Virus record (IMG/VR): IMGVR_UViG_3300038336_000021
Source of the DNA: a virus
Direction: 5' to 3' (one strand)
Length of the DNA: 34,293 nt
Shown here one piece after another: positions 7,171-15,237 of this stretch. The notes beneath the pieces were generated by a model. The model had not been told where the DNA came from. It saw nothing but the letters and a program-made list of their open reading frames with translations, and did not search any database. The translations under genes were made by a program, and so were the position numbers. Position 1 is the stretch's first letter, and each line of letters starts with the position of its first letter.

Positions 7171-9558
7171 ATGGCCACTCTGACGTATACCCTCCCGACT
7201 AGAGCCTACAACTCCGACGGAACCCTCGACGGCGCCATTCTATGGGATGGTGCAAGCAACGTGCTCAACACGAGCGTGAGCTATGCAGCGGCGCCGTTCT
7301 ATACCTACGGTGTAGAGTTCCCTATTGTCCGCCGCATCAGCCCAGTCAAGGCTGGCGTCATTATAGAGGCCACAAACAAGGCGGCTGACGAGACGATCGG
7401 AGGCCTAGGCTTCCAGGTATATGGTGGCACCAGCGATCTCTGGGGCCAAACGTGGACCCCTGCTGAGATCAACGACAAGGACTTCGGGATCGCGATCGCT
7501 TATGGCAAGAACGTCAGCGGCGTCAAGACAACTGAGTCCACCTACCTGATCGCCTCAGGCTTCAACATCAACCTCCCTGATGATGCTGTGATCAACGGCA
7601 TCCAGGCTCGCCTCTACCATGTCGCTGACTCTGGCGGCGGTGGTTCGATCCAGGCTCGGCTGCACTACGTCCAGGTCCAGATCACCTACACCTGGGCACC
7701 GACCGTCAAAGCGAACGGCAAAGCTGGCGGCGGCGTCTTCGTGATCGGCCAGGTCAACACTCCTGATGCTACGAAGGATCTGCGACACCGAGTCTATGAT
7801 CACTCCACAGGACTCCTGGTCAACGAGTGGAACGACGTCGGCACCGAGATCTCCTGGACCGAGCAGATCAACAACCCACTGGCGAACGCCTCTCTGACGA
7901 TGGCACGATCGGACGACACGAAGCTGCCGATCGTTGACACCCTCGTCGATGAAGATGGCACCACGGATCTGGTATACGAGAACGATGAAGCGATCCTCCT
8001 GGACCTTGCTGCAGGCGTCGGCCTGGGCGAGGGATCAGATCTCGACTTGAACCTGGACTACAAGCTCAGCGCCTACTGGGGACAGTTCGAGGAAGAACTC
8101 CTGGAGGATGGCCAGCCACTCCTCCTCGAGAACGATGAAGTCATGCTGCTCGAAACTCTCGGGCCTGCTGGTGTAGATCTCTTCACTGGCTACTTGTCAA
8201 GCTGGGAAGCAGACTGGGGTGAGAGTGATGACGTCAAGGTGAACATACTCAGCCAGAGCACCGAGCTCAGCAACATCCCACTCATGACGGCTGACATCTC
8301 GGCCGTGACATCAGACACGCCGACTGGATCTGTCGGGCTTGCTGGTGCTGGTCCGTATGACTACACCGCCCACGGCCAGACCTTCACACTCGGAACACAG
8401 AAGAAGATCTCCCGCATCAGCCTCAAGGGCAAGCGATGGGGCGGGCTCAGCACGACGAAGTTCCCGCGACTCTTCCTGGATCTATACAACGGAACTCCGA
8501 CTTCACTCGGCGCTGCGATCGACAGCACCTTCGTCGATGTGCTCAGCCTGGACAACGGCGACATCAACCTCGTCTTCAACACACCGCTCACGCTACCTGC
8601 TGGGACCTACTGCTTCCTCCTGACTACTGATGAGAACAAGACAGGCGGGAACGAGACCTACCCTGTCACGCTGCAAACTGGCGCATCCTATGCCAGCGGC
8701 GCTGCATATTATGTGCAAGGCAAGACTGGACCATGGACCGTCAACACTGGTGTCGATCTGATCTTCACCGTATGGGAAGCAGGCGGCAACACTACCGTCC
8801 CGATGAACTCGATGGACCCGACCAACATCTTCCGAGCGATCATCGACTATGCTCGCACCCAGGGAGCTCTGATCAACTACACTCTCGAAGATATGCCTCC
8901 GACATACACGACCGTCAGCTATACCTTCAAGGGCAACACTATCAAGGAGGCCCTCGACAAGGCACTCGAGCTGCTGCCTGCTGACTGGTGGTACCGATAC
9001 GACTTCGGCACCAACCGCCTCAGCATCGGTCCACGGCCGACAACTCCAACCCACTTCGCAGTGCTCGGGAACAACGTCGTCAAGATGAAGCTGAAGCGCT
9101 CGATCGAGAAGATCATCAACGACGTCTTCTTCAGTGGTGGCCAGGTGACGACAGGTGTCAACCTCTTCATCCGCGTCTCCGATCCTGGCTCGATCCAACA
9201 GTGGCGCCGCGGCCTGGCGAAGATCTCGGACAACCGAGTCCTCGTCGAAGCGACTGCTCGTCTGTTGGCCGACGTAGCGATAGACCGCAGCAACGGCCCT
9301 CAGTACTCAGGATCGCTGACAATAGGGAACGCCGACTTCCCGATCGAAGAGGTCAAAGTCGGTGAGCTCATCGGCTTCGGCGGCTATGGATCATTCGTCG
9401 ATCAGCTGGAGCTGCAGCTCATGAGTCGGACGTATAACACGGACACGATCAGCGGCAACCTCGAGACACTGCCTGCCAAGGTGGCAAAGCGTATCGAGGA
9501 CATCAAACGGAACCTGGACCAACAGGAACAAGAGAACAACCCAGTCTCGCCTTCATAG
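7171..9558 (+). CDS. Large minor tail / tail-tip (Tal-like) protein
   Basis: 795-aa ORF after Dit. The C-terminal part (IFRAIIDYARTQGALINYT...ADWWYRYDFGTNRLSIGPRP...INDVFFSGG) resembles prophage tail-tip proteins. It contains two EDGxxxLxxENDExxLLE motifs. Confidence 0.7.
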   Translation: MATLTYTLPTRAYNSDGTLDGAILWDGASNVLNTSVSYAAAPFYTYGVEFPIVRRISPVKAGVIIEATNKAADETIGGLGFQVYGGTSDLWGQTWTPAEINDKDFGIAIAYGKNVSGVKTTESTYLIASGFNINLPDDAVINGIQARLYHVADSGGGGSIQARLHYVQVQITYTWAPTVKANGKAGGGVFVIGQVNTPDATKDLRHRVYDHSTGLLVNEWNDVGTEISWTEQINNPLANASLTMARSDDTKLPIVDTLVDEDGTTDLVYENDEAILLDLAAGVGLGEGSDLDLNLDYKLSAYWGQFEEELLEDGQPLLLENDEVMLLETLGPAGVDLFTGYLSSWEADWGESDDVKVNILSQSTELSNIPLMTADISAVTSDTPTGSVGLAGAGPYDYTAHGQTFTLGTQKKISRISLKGKRWGGLSTTKFPRLFLDLYNGTPTSLGAAIDSTFVDVLSLDNGDINLVFNTPLTLPAGTYCFLLTTDENKTGGNETYPVTLQTGASYASGAAYYVQGKTGPWTVNTGVDLIFTVWEAGGNTTVPMNSMDPTNIFRAIIDYARTQGALINYTLEDMPPTYTTVSYTFKGNTIKEALDKALELLPADWWYRYDFGTNRLSIGPRPTTPTHFAVLGNNVVKMKLKRSIEKIINDVFFSGGQVTTGVNLFIRVSDPGSIQQWRRGLAKISDNRVLVEATARLLADVAIDRSNGPQYSGSLTIGNADFPIEEVKVGELIGFGGYGSFVDQLELQLMSRTYNTDTISGNLETLPAKVAKRIEDIKRNLDQQEQENNPVSPS

Positions 9559-9567
9559 CGGCGAAGT

Positions 9568-9576
9568 GCTATATTT
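9568..9576 (+). promoter_or_regulatory. Possible extended -10 element (TGcTATATT) ahead of the fibre gene
   Basis: aaGTGCTATATT resembles the late-promoter core ctGTGCTATAAT at 25250-25260. There is no -35, and it lies very close to the RBS, so it is weak. Confidence 0.2.
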
Positions 9577-9598
9577 AATCATAAGGAGAATATAAACC

Positions 9599-10438
9599 AT
9601 GGCCAAACGAAACTCACAACTCACCGAGCTTCTGGTCGTCGCCCAGGACGACTACCTGACGATCGTCGATACGTCAGCAGGACAATCAAAGCGCGTGAGC
9701 GTGAAGAACTTGACAGGCGCCCCAGACGTCGGCTGGACAGCAACAGGTGAGGCCTGGTCATTCTCGAGCTATAGCTCAACCTCGAACGTGGGAGTCGTAA
9801 CAGTACCAACTGACGCGACCACGAAGTACTCGGTCGGCATGTTCGTCCGCTTCAGTCAGACGACAGGCGGCACGAAGTATGGCCGCATCATAGCGGTGAC
9901 ATCAACCACTCTGAGCATCTGGTTCGGCGCTGGTATATACACGCTCAACAACGAAGCGATCAGCACTCCAGTCTACAGCCCACTGGCTCATCCAGGTGGA
10001 CTTCCGATCAAGATCGCTGAGGGCCAGCCGTATGCCTTCAGTGTCTGGCGGAACGCAGCCTACAGCGTGGGCAACGGTGCCTTCGCTGTCGTCCCCTACG
10101 ATACCAAGGAGTATGACCACAACAACAACGTGGCAGTCCCAGCAGGGACCTTCACGGTACCAGTCGATGGCATCTACTACTTCTCGACCTCTGTGCAGTA
10201 TGGCGCCGTACCAGGCGGCACGATCCTCATCACCTCGCTGCTGGTCAACAGCACCTCGATCGAGACGAAGCGACTCGACGAGGTGATCATCGGTGGTGGT
10301 AACATCACAAGAGGTGGAGCAGCACAACTGAAGCTCGTCGCTGGTGACATCGTTCGAGTCGGAGCCCGAGGCGCAGGCGGTGCAGGTGGTGTCGGTCAGA
10401 TGATCTGCTTCTTCACTGGAACTCTAACATCAAGGTAA
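9599..10438 (+). CDS. Tail fibre / receptor-binding protein with C-terminal C1q/TNF-like domain
   Basis: 279-aa ORF. The C-terminal ~140 aa reads YAFSVWRN...AVVPYDTKEYDHNNNVAVPAGTFTVPVDGIYYFSTSV...LKLVAGDIVRV...FFTGTL. This follows the gC1q pattern (aFSv.r..., v.fd....N, tG.Ft.Pv.GvYyFs, L.L..GD.V.v, F.G.L). Confidence 0.7.
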   Translation: MAKRNSQLTELLVVAQDDYLTIVDTSAGQSKRVSVKNLTGAPDVGWTATGEAWSFSSYSSTSNVGVVTVPTDATTKYSVGMFVRFSQTTGGTKYGRIIAVTSTTLSIWFGAGIYTLNNEAISTPVYSPLAHPGGLPIKIAEGQPYAFSVWRNAAYSVGNGAFAVVPYDTKEYDHNNNVAVPAGTFTVPVDGIYYFSTSVQYGAVPGGTILITSLLVNSTSIETKRLDEVIIGGGNITRGGAAQLKLVAGDIVRVGARGAGGAGGVGQMICFFTGTLTSR

Positions 10439-10451
10439 AAGGAGACCAACT

Positions 10452-10721
10452 ATGAGCAAGAAAAATGAAGTACTAGCGAAGAAGATCGTCGACAAGCTCG
10501 GCGACTATGAGAAGATCGTCCACCACCCAGTCGATCCAGTCACGAACGAGCAACTCGAGGACGAGACAGTTCACAAGGTTGTCGTCGTTATCGGGACAGC
10601 ATACTCGGCCGTCGAAGATACCAAGGCGGGAGCCTACTCAACACTCGCTGGAGCGATCCAGCAGCAGCTTGATGATGGGTCCCTTGTCCTCTCAGACACC
10701 TGGGAAGAGGACAACCTCTAG
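10452..10721 (+). CDS. Hypothetical acidic protein (89 aa)
   Basis: ORF with RBS AAGGAGACCAACtATG, following the fibre gene. Confidence 0.6.
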   Translation: MSKKNEVLAKKIVDKLGDYEKIVHHPVDPVTNEQLEDETVHKVVVVIGTAYSAVEDTKAGAYSTLAGAIQQQLDDGSLVLSDTWEEDNL

Positions 10722-10730
10722 CATATTGTG

Positions 10731-10769
10731 AAGGATCTCACTGCGAGATCCTTGACATTGTGTTTTTCT
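10731..10769 (+). terminator. Hairpin with a delayed T-run (possible partial terminator)
   Basis: AAGGATCTC (10731-10739) pairs with GAGATCCTT (10745-10753) across a 5-nt loop. The TTTTT run begins 10 nt after the stem, so this is not canonical. Confidence 0.35.
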
Positions 10770-10820
10770 AGTATGGCAGATGGTGATCAAAAACAGTAAA
10801 CTATAAGCAGGAGCATTATC

Positions 10821-10946
10821 ATGGAACAAGTCCTCATCGCAGTCGGCGCGTTCTCTGCAGGCTTCCTTATAGGCAACTTGACAAAACTCGAGCTGCGAGC
10901 TGTCACGAAGAGGATCATCACATGGGTAAAAAACCGAAGAAAATAG
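10821..10946 (+). CDS. Small membrane protein (41 aa), below the ORF-track cutoff
   Basis: Hand translation: MEQVLIAVGAFSAGFLIGNLTKLELRAVTKRIITWVKNRRK, one hydrophobic helix plus a basic tail. RBS AGGAGcattatcATG. Confidence 0.5.
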   Translation: MEQVLIAVGAFSAGFLIGNLTKLELRAVTKRIITWVKNRRK

Positions 10947-11197
10947 TCACGAAAAGTCAGAGAGTCCCGACCGAGAAGCTGGTCGACAAGTGGACCCAGA
11001 TCGTCCAGCGCACACTTCAGGTGTTGTCGCTGTTTTTCGTCATCATACTGCTCGTGCTCCGAGGCTTCGTGGACAACTTCAAGGTGGAAGACTACGTCAT
11101 CATCGGCCTGATGGGCCTGGCAGTCGGACTCAACCCTGACCAGATCCGCACGATGTTCGTCGATATTATCAAGGCCTTCATAGGGAGGAAGTCATGA
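10922..11197 (+). CDS. Membrane protein (91 aa, two hydrophobic segments), holin/lysis-accessory candidate
   Basis: ORF with RBS GAGGAtcatcacATG. Hydrophobic stretches are VLSLFFVIILLVL and VIIGLMGLAVGL. It lies upstream of the endolysin. Confidence 0.6.
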   Translation: MGKKPKKIVTKSQRVPTEKLVDKWTQIVQRTLQVLSLFFVIILLVLRGFVDNFKVEDYVIIGLMGLAVGLNPDQIRTMFVDIIKAFIGRKS

Positions 11198-12012
11198 CAG
11201 AAAAACTCCCACCCCGCACAAAGCTCCAGCTCGTCCTGGCGGTGGCTGCCAACATTTTCAGGAAGGTCCCTCGGATCGCCTTCTTCGTGCTGTCATTCTT
11301 CGTCATCTTCTGGGTGGGCCAGCAGCTCTACTACCGCTTCGCCCCTGCCGAGAACTTCTTGAACTACTACTACGCCAAGGTGGACGACTCCCCGATCGGG
11401 ACCGAACCACTGGCCACGCTCTGCCGCCGAGTCTCTACTGAAGGCATCAGGATCCAAGCGGTCCGCACGTTCATCAAATACGAAGACGTCAACGGCAAGC
11501 CGACCACCGTCGGTGAGTATCAGTTCACTGCAGGCGTCGAGCAGCTGCCCGATGGCAGCAACTGTCAGAACGTCCGCCTCCGCAAGCAGCCACAAGTCAA
11601 GGGCACCTACTCAGTCCATACCGAGTATGTCTTCGAGGTCAACGGCTACCGCAAGAGCGGCGCCTACGACACGAACAAGTACAAGATGACCGAGACTCAG
11701 CAGAGCCTGGACCTGCAGATCCGCACCCTCCAGGATCAGATCGACATCCTGCGGCAGCAATTATCAAACAACGGCGGAGACACTACCACGACAGGATCCA
11801 GCCCATCGACTGCTTCGCCTAGCACGAACGGACAGTCCCCTGCAGCGGACCCTCCAGCGCAACGATCGAACGGATCCAGCGGATCGAACCCGCCGCAAGT
11901 CGTTCCTCCTCAAACTCCCGACACTCCGATCACCCCTGCAGCGCCAGCTGAGACTTGCATCATCGACCTGCTAGGGCTTAAAGTAGGATGTACAAGCACA
12001 AGGACTAACTAG
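11194..12012 (+). CDS. Membrane-anchored protein with coiled coil and Pro/Ser/Thr-rich C-terminus
   Basis: 272-aa ORF with an ATGA overlap. It has an N-terminal TM segment (IAFFVLSFFVIFWVG), LQIRTLQDQIDILRQQL, then a PT-rich tail ending CIIDLLGLKVGCTS. Confidence 0.6.
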   Translation: MTEKLPPRTKLQLVLAVAANIFRKVPRIAFFVLSFFVIFWVGQQLYYRFAPAENFLNYYYAKVDDSPIGTEPLATLCRRVSTEGIRIQAVRTFIKYEDVNGKPTTVGEYQFTAGVEQLPDGSNCQNVRLRKQPQVKGTYSVHTEYVFEVNGYRKSGAYDTNKYKMTETQQSLDLQIRTLQDQIDILRQQLSNNGGDTTTTGSSPSTASPSTNGQSPAADPPAQRSNGSSGSNPPQVVPPQTPDTPITPAAPAETCIIDLLGLKVGCTSTRTN

Positions 12013-12029
12013 AAAAGGGGACCAACCAC

Positions 12030-12182
12030 ATGGACATCGGCGAAACACTATGGCAACTCTGGCTCATCTACTGGGTGAGCGGGGCAGTTGTCGGATCATT
12101 CATCGGCACGCTGCTCGCACTAGCGACAAGAGCTATCATTCGGCGTATAATACAATCATATAGAGGAGAGCGGCATGTATAA
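12030..12182 (+). CDS. Small membrane protein (50 aa), holin/antiholin candidate; below the ORF-track cutoff
   Basis: Hand translation: MDIGETLWQLWLIYWVSGAVVGSFIGTLLALATRAIIRRIIQSYRGERHV. RBS GGGGACCAACCacATG. It overlaps the endolysin start by 8 nt. Confidence 0.5.
   Translation: MDIGETLWQLWLIYWVSGAVVGSFIGTLLALATRAIIRRIIQSYRGERHV
12123..12151 (+). promoter_or_regulatory. Possible internal promoter for the endolysin (GCGACA-17-TATAAT)
   Basis: GCGACA at 12123-12128, a 17-nt spacer, then a perfect TATAAT at 12146-12151, 24 nt upstream of ATG 12175. Confidence 0.35.
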
Positions 12183-13524
12183 GTTCGAGCAATCATGGAG
12201 TCCAAACTACACCCCAAACGCCTCGACGCGTGCTATCTATGGCCGCCCTCGCACGATCGAGTTCGGTGCTGGCCACTGGTGGGGTGATCCGAACGCTGGC
12301 TATTCTCACCAGGGAGTGATCAACACGTTCATGAACTCAGCCCGACAGGCCTCTGCCCACTACGTCATCTCTGACGGCCGAGTCACTCAGATGGTCCGTG
12401 ACGAAGACGTGGCCTGGTGTACTAACAACGCGAACCCCTTCACCATCTCGATCGAGCTGAAGCCGAACATGACGGCGGGCGACAAGGAGACCTGTGCTCA
12501 ACTGATCGCTGATCGTGGCTGGCACAATCTACAGTGGAAGCCTCACAAAACGTGGTGGAACACTGGATGCAATCCGCTCCCATGGGGTGAGATCATGGCT
12601 CGAGCGCAGCAGATCGTCGCTGCACGCCAGACTCCTGAGTGGAAGAAGAACCTGCAGCCGTTGCCTACTCCGAAGACATTGACTGCTATTGACGACAACA
12701 CGCCACTCCGAGATCTGGGCAACGTCAGCTCGGTGATCAAGAACTTCGCCAAGGGCACGCCATTCGAGATCGTGGCCCAGACGAAGGTGGGGAACTACCC
12801 ATACTACCTGACCCGCTACGCTTATGAGAACGGCACTGGCCAGGGCTTCGACTTCTACGAACTCGAGGAGAAGAAGGCCGAGCCTGTGATCCCTGAGTGG
12901 CAGAAGAACCTCTTCGACACTGTCGATGTCGATCTGTTCGTACTACCTGCAGAAGGCGCGAAGATCTACAACCTCACCACTATGAGCGAGATCGGATCAC
13001 CGATCCCGAAGGGGACGGCAGTCACGATCGCCAAGTCAACAACCGTCGGCGGCAGGAAGTATCTGATCAGCAAGTACGCCTCAGACAACGCCATGGCGAA
13101 CGGCATCCTGGCCGAAGTCCTCGGAGTTCCAGTCGTTGTTCCTCCTACAACGAAGCCAGAGTGGCTTGAGAAGTGGGAAGACATCGCTGACGTCACCATG
13201 TACACCCGAGTCGAGACTCCGCTGGTGAACCTACTCACAGGTGACACGATCAAGGTGATCCCAGTCAACACGGCTGTGGAGATCGCCAGCGCTACTGAGT
13301 GGCACGGCCAGAAGTATCTGATCTCGAAGTACGCCACCGAGAAGGGTGACGCCACAGGGATGCTCCTAGTGAACCTCGACAAGGATCCGATCAAGGATCC
13401 CGAGACACCGATCGAACCAGCGCCAGAGCAGCCTGATCTTGAGAAGCGTATCAGCGCCCTCGAGGCCATCGTCAAGAAGATCGTCGACTTCCTGACTGGC
13501 CTGTTCACTGGCTTCAATAAGTAA
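12175..13524 (+). CDS. Endolysin: N-acetylmuramoyl-L-alanine amidase (amidase_2/PGRP type) with three C-terminal wall-binding repeats
   Basis: The N-terminus SAHYVISDGRVTQMVRDEDVAWCTNNANPFTISIELKP matches the amidase_2 hallmark. The C-terminal half holds three ~55-aa repeats ending YYLTRYAYENG / RKYLISKYASDNA / QKYLISKYATEKG (SH3b-like). Confidence 0.85.
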   Translation: MYKFEQSWSPNYTPNASTRAIYGRPRTIEFGAGHWWGDPNAGYSHQGVINTFMNSARQASAHYVISDGRVTQMVRDEDVAWCTNNANPFTISIELKPNMTAGDKETCAQLIADRGWHNLQWKPHKTWWNTGCNPLPWGEIMARAQQIVAARQTPEWKKNLQPLPTPKTLTAIDDNTPLRDLGNVSSVIKNFAKGTPFEIVAQTKVGNYPYYLTRYAYENGTGQGFDFYELEEKKAEPVIPEWQKNLFDTVDVDLFVLPAEGAKIYNLTTMSEIGSPIPKGTAVTIAKSTTVGGRKYLISKYASDNAMANGILAEVLGVPVVVPPTTKPEWLEKWEDIADVTMYTRVETPLVNLLTGDTIKVIPVNTAVEIASATEWHGQKYLISKYATEKGDATGMLLVNLDKDPIKDPETPIEPAPEQPDLEKRISALEAIVKKIVDFLTGLFTGFNK

Positions 13525-13537
13525 TAAGGAGAAAAGC

Positions 13538-13789
13538 ATGAACAACGAACAACCAGTACTCAGTCCACAAAACAACACACCAGCAGCGAAGGGGATCAGG
13601 ACATTCCTGCAGAGCATCATCGCCGCTGTCGTCGCGTTCCTATACGGCCTATGGCAACTTCCAGGAGTCTCTGACTACACTCAGAACTTCGTCGAGACTC
13701 AAGGTCTCAGCCTGCTTCTAGGCCTCGCCGCACTTGTCGGCATCCCAGCTGGAGTGATCGCCTTCTTGATGAACCTCCGCAAGAAGTAG
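13538..13789 (+). CDS. Holin (83 aa, two TM helices)
   Basis: It directly follows the endolysin. TM segments are FLQSIIAAVVAFLYGLW and LLLGLAALVGIPAGVIAFLM, with a basic C-terminus NLRKK. The layout resembles r1t-type holins (recall). Confidence 0.75.
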   Translation: MNNEQPVLSPQNNTPAAKGIRTFLQSIIAAVVAFLYGLWQLPGVSDYTQNFVETQGLSLLLGLAALVGIPAGVIAFLMNLRKK

Positions 13790-13810
13790 ATCACCACAAC
13801 AAACACAACG

Positions 13811-13843
13811 GCCCCTGGCAATATACCAGGGGCTCTTTTGTTG
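13811..13843 (+). terminator. Rho-independent terminator ending the late operon
   Basis: GCCCCTGG (13811-13818) pairs with CCAGGGGC (13826-13833) across a 7-nt loop, followed by TCTTTTGTTG. Confidence 0.85.
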
Positions 13844-13902
13844 TGCTTATACTGAGGGGAAGTCTTGCGACCGCGGGCCCCATCTATCTATTATCTCACT
13901 AC

Positions 13903-13934
13903 ATGAAAAGCGGGGCAGTTTTTCGTCATGCCCC
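13903..13934 (-). terminator. Rho-independent terminator after the 64-aa moron gene
   Basis: On the minus strand: GGGGCA-11 nt-TGCCCC followed by GCTTTTCAT. Confidence 0.6.
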
Positions 13935-14018
13935 ACGACGTCGGTTGATGGCGGGAGTAGTCGCCTTCATCCGATGTGCTGCGTAAGCCTGCAGCGGCAG
14001 ATGTGGATCACCTCCTAG

Positions 14019-14213
14019 TCAGGCCACCGTCAGGGGCGGCGTGGTGAAGAGTGGGATGACGTTGTTGCTACGCCGAACCTGTTCTCCTCGAACGCTGTCC
14101 AGCTCTTCCTGTACCTGCTCCAGCCTCGCGGCGGTGCTTCGGTCCAGGTTGTCCAGCTCGGCGTCGGTCAACCTTCGCAGGTCGATCGGACAGCCGTTGA
14201 TGCGGTGCTTCAT
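14019..14213 (-). CDS. Hypothetical 64-aa protein (moron-like, visibly more GC-rich than its surroundings)
   Basis: ORF MKHRINGCPIDLRRLTDAELDNLDR... with GAGG 5 nt upstream. It is bracketed by minus-strand terminators on both sides. It is the only gene with a free-standing TGA stop. Confidence 0.55.
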   Translation of the reverse strand: MKHRINGCPIDLRRLTDAELDNLDRSTAARLEQVQEELDSVRGEQVRRSNNVIPLFTTPPLTVA

Positions 14214-14266
14214 GGCCCCTCGCTCTCATGGATCTCCACTCTGATCATCGACTTGATGATGGACAT

Positions 14267-14275
14267 ATAATAGCA
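14267..14275 (-). promoter_or_regulatory. Possible extended -10 promoter (TGcTATTAT) for the moron gene
   Basis: The minus strand reads gtTGTGCTATTATatg immediately after the upstream terminator. It has the same GTGCTAT core as the late promoter. Confidence 0.3.
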
Positions 14276-14278
14276 CAA

Positions 14279-14303
14279 CGAAAAAGAGCCCGCGCGGGGC
14301 TCT
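14279..14303 (-). terminator. Rho-independent terminator ending the early leftward transcription unit
   Basis: On the minus strand: AGAGCCC-cgcgc-GGGCTCT followed by TTTTCGTT. It is preceded by a second 8-bp hairpin CTTCAGGC/GCCTGAAG (14311-14340). Confidence 0.8.
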
Positions 14304-14357
14304 CTCTCGGACTTCAGGCAAGGGTGGGCATCGCCTGAAGCTGTCTCAATTATAGCA

Positions 14358-14606
14358 CTATGGCTTGTCTGGGCAAGCAGGATCCACAGGGACCTTGACG
14401 TAGGCAGACTCGATCGCCTTCGGCAGGTTCATCGAGATGAGCCCAGAGACTGCGAACATATTCGGGCTCGTGCCGCCGTCACTGATCTGCACCAGAGCGC
14501 CAGCTGAGTTGATCACCTGGGCCAGGCCTTCCTTGAACAGCTCCTCGATGGCAGCCTTGTCCATCGTGTCGAGCATGACGTCTTTTGTGAGTGGCTTATT
14601 TTGCAT
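14358..14606 (-). CDS. Hypothetical protein (82 aa)
   Basis: ORF with a strong RBS AAGGAGAAGACCATG. No recognisable family. Confidence 0.65.
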   Translation of the reverse strand: MQNKPLTKDVMLDTMDKAAIEELFKEGLAQVINSAGALVQISDGGTSPNMFAVSGLISMNLPKAIESAYVKVPVDPACPDKP

Positions 14607-14687
14607 GGTCTTCTCCTTCTGCTTTTATCGTAGCACTGAGGATCCTCCGTGTCTGTCGTGCTTTTCTACATGTAGATAATACAACGA

Positions 14688-15218
14688 CTACCAGAGGATC
14701 CCTTGCACTGCATACCAGGCGCTCCATCCGTTGCCAGTTGAAGCCTCCCTGCCTTGGTATATCTTGAGCGCGTACTGAGCCGCCCAGACTGGATCACGCC
14801 AGTCGCCTTCTGCGAAGTAGGCTGGGTGCCAGTAGTCGTTGATCTGGAAGCATCCCCAGTCTTTGCTCGAGTGCGCGTCTTTGTTGACCTCACCTTCCGC
14901 GAGAGGATCCTCTCGTCGGTTCTCGTTCACCAGAACGATCTTCGCCCCCTCTCTGAGGGCTGTGGGCCAGACGGCGTCGATGGCTTCGCGGCAGGTCGTG
15001 GGCTGCGAAGCCTGGGTACTCGGTGGCTCTTCTGCTGCGGGAGCAGGTGCCACAGGTTCGGGATCTGCAGGCGCGACGGCTGCTGCGGTGGGAGTGATCA
15101 CCTTCTCGATCGGTGCTGGTATATGTTGAGTCTGAGTCACTTCATAGTAGTGCTGCTTGACGGATGAGATGGCGAACGCGACGAGCACGCTGGCCAGGAA
15201 GTAGATGGGCTTCTTCAT
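14688..15218 (-). CDS. Secreted lysozyme-like / lytic transglycosylase-like protein
   Basis: It has an N-terminal signal-like MKKPIYFLASVLVAFAISS and a Pro/Ala linker. The segment ENRREDPLAEGEVNKDAHSSKDWGCFQINDYWH carries the E ... S.D.G.fQIN..W pattern of the lysozyme/SLT superfamily. Confidence 0.65.
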   Translation of the reverse strand: MKKPIYFLASVLVAFAISSVKQHYYEVTQTQHIPAPIEKVITPTAAAVAPADPEPVAPAPAAEEPPSTQASQPTTCREAIDAVWPTALREGAKIVLVNENRREDPLAEGEVNKDAHSSKDWGCFQINDYWHPAYFAEGDWRDPVWAAQYALKIYQGREASTGNGWSAWYAVQGILW

Positions 15219-15237
15219 AGGTCGTCGGCTTATTATA

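Noticed and set aside
10752-10775. TTGACA overlapping the hairpin after gene 10452-10721, considered as a promoter
   Set aside because: The nearest -10-like hexamers (TAGTAT, TATGGC) lie only 11-14 nt from the -35 box, outside the functional 16-18-nt window.
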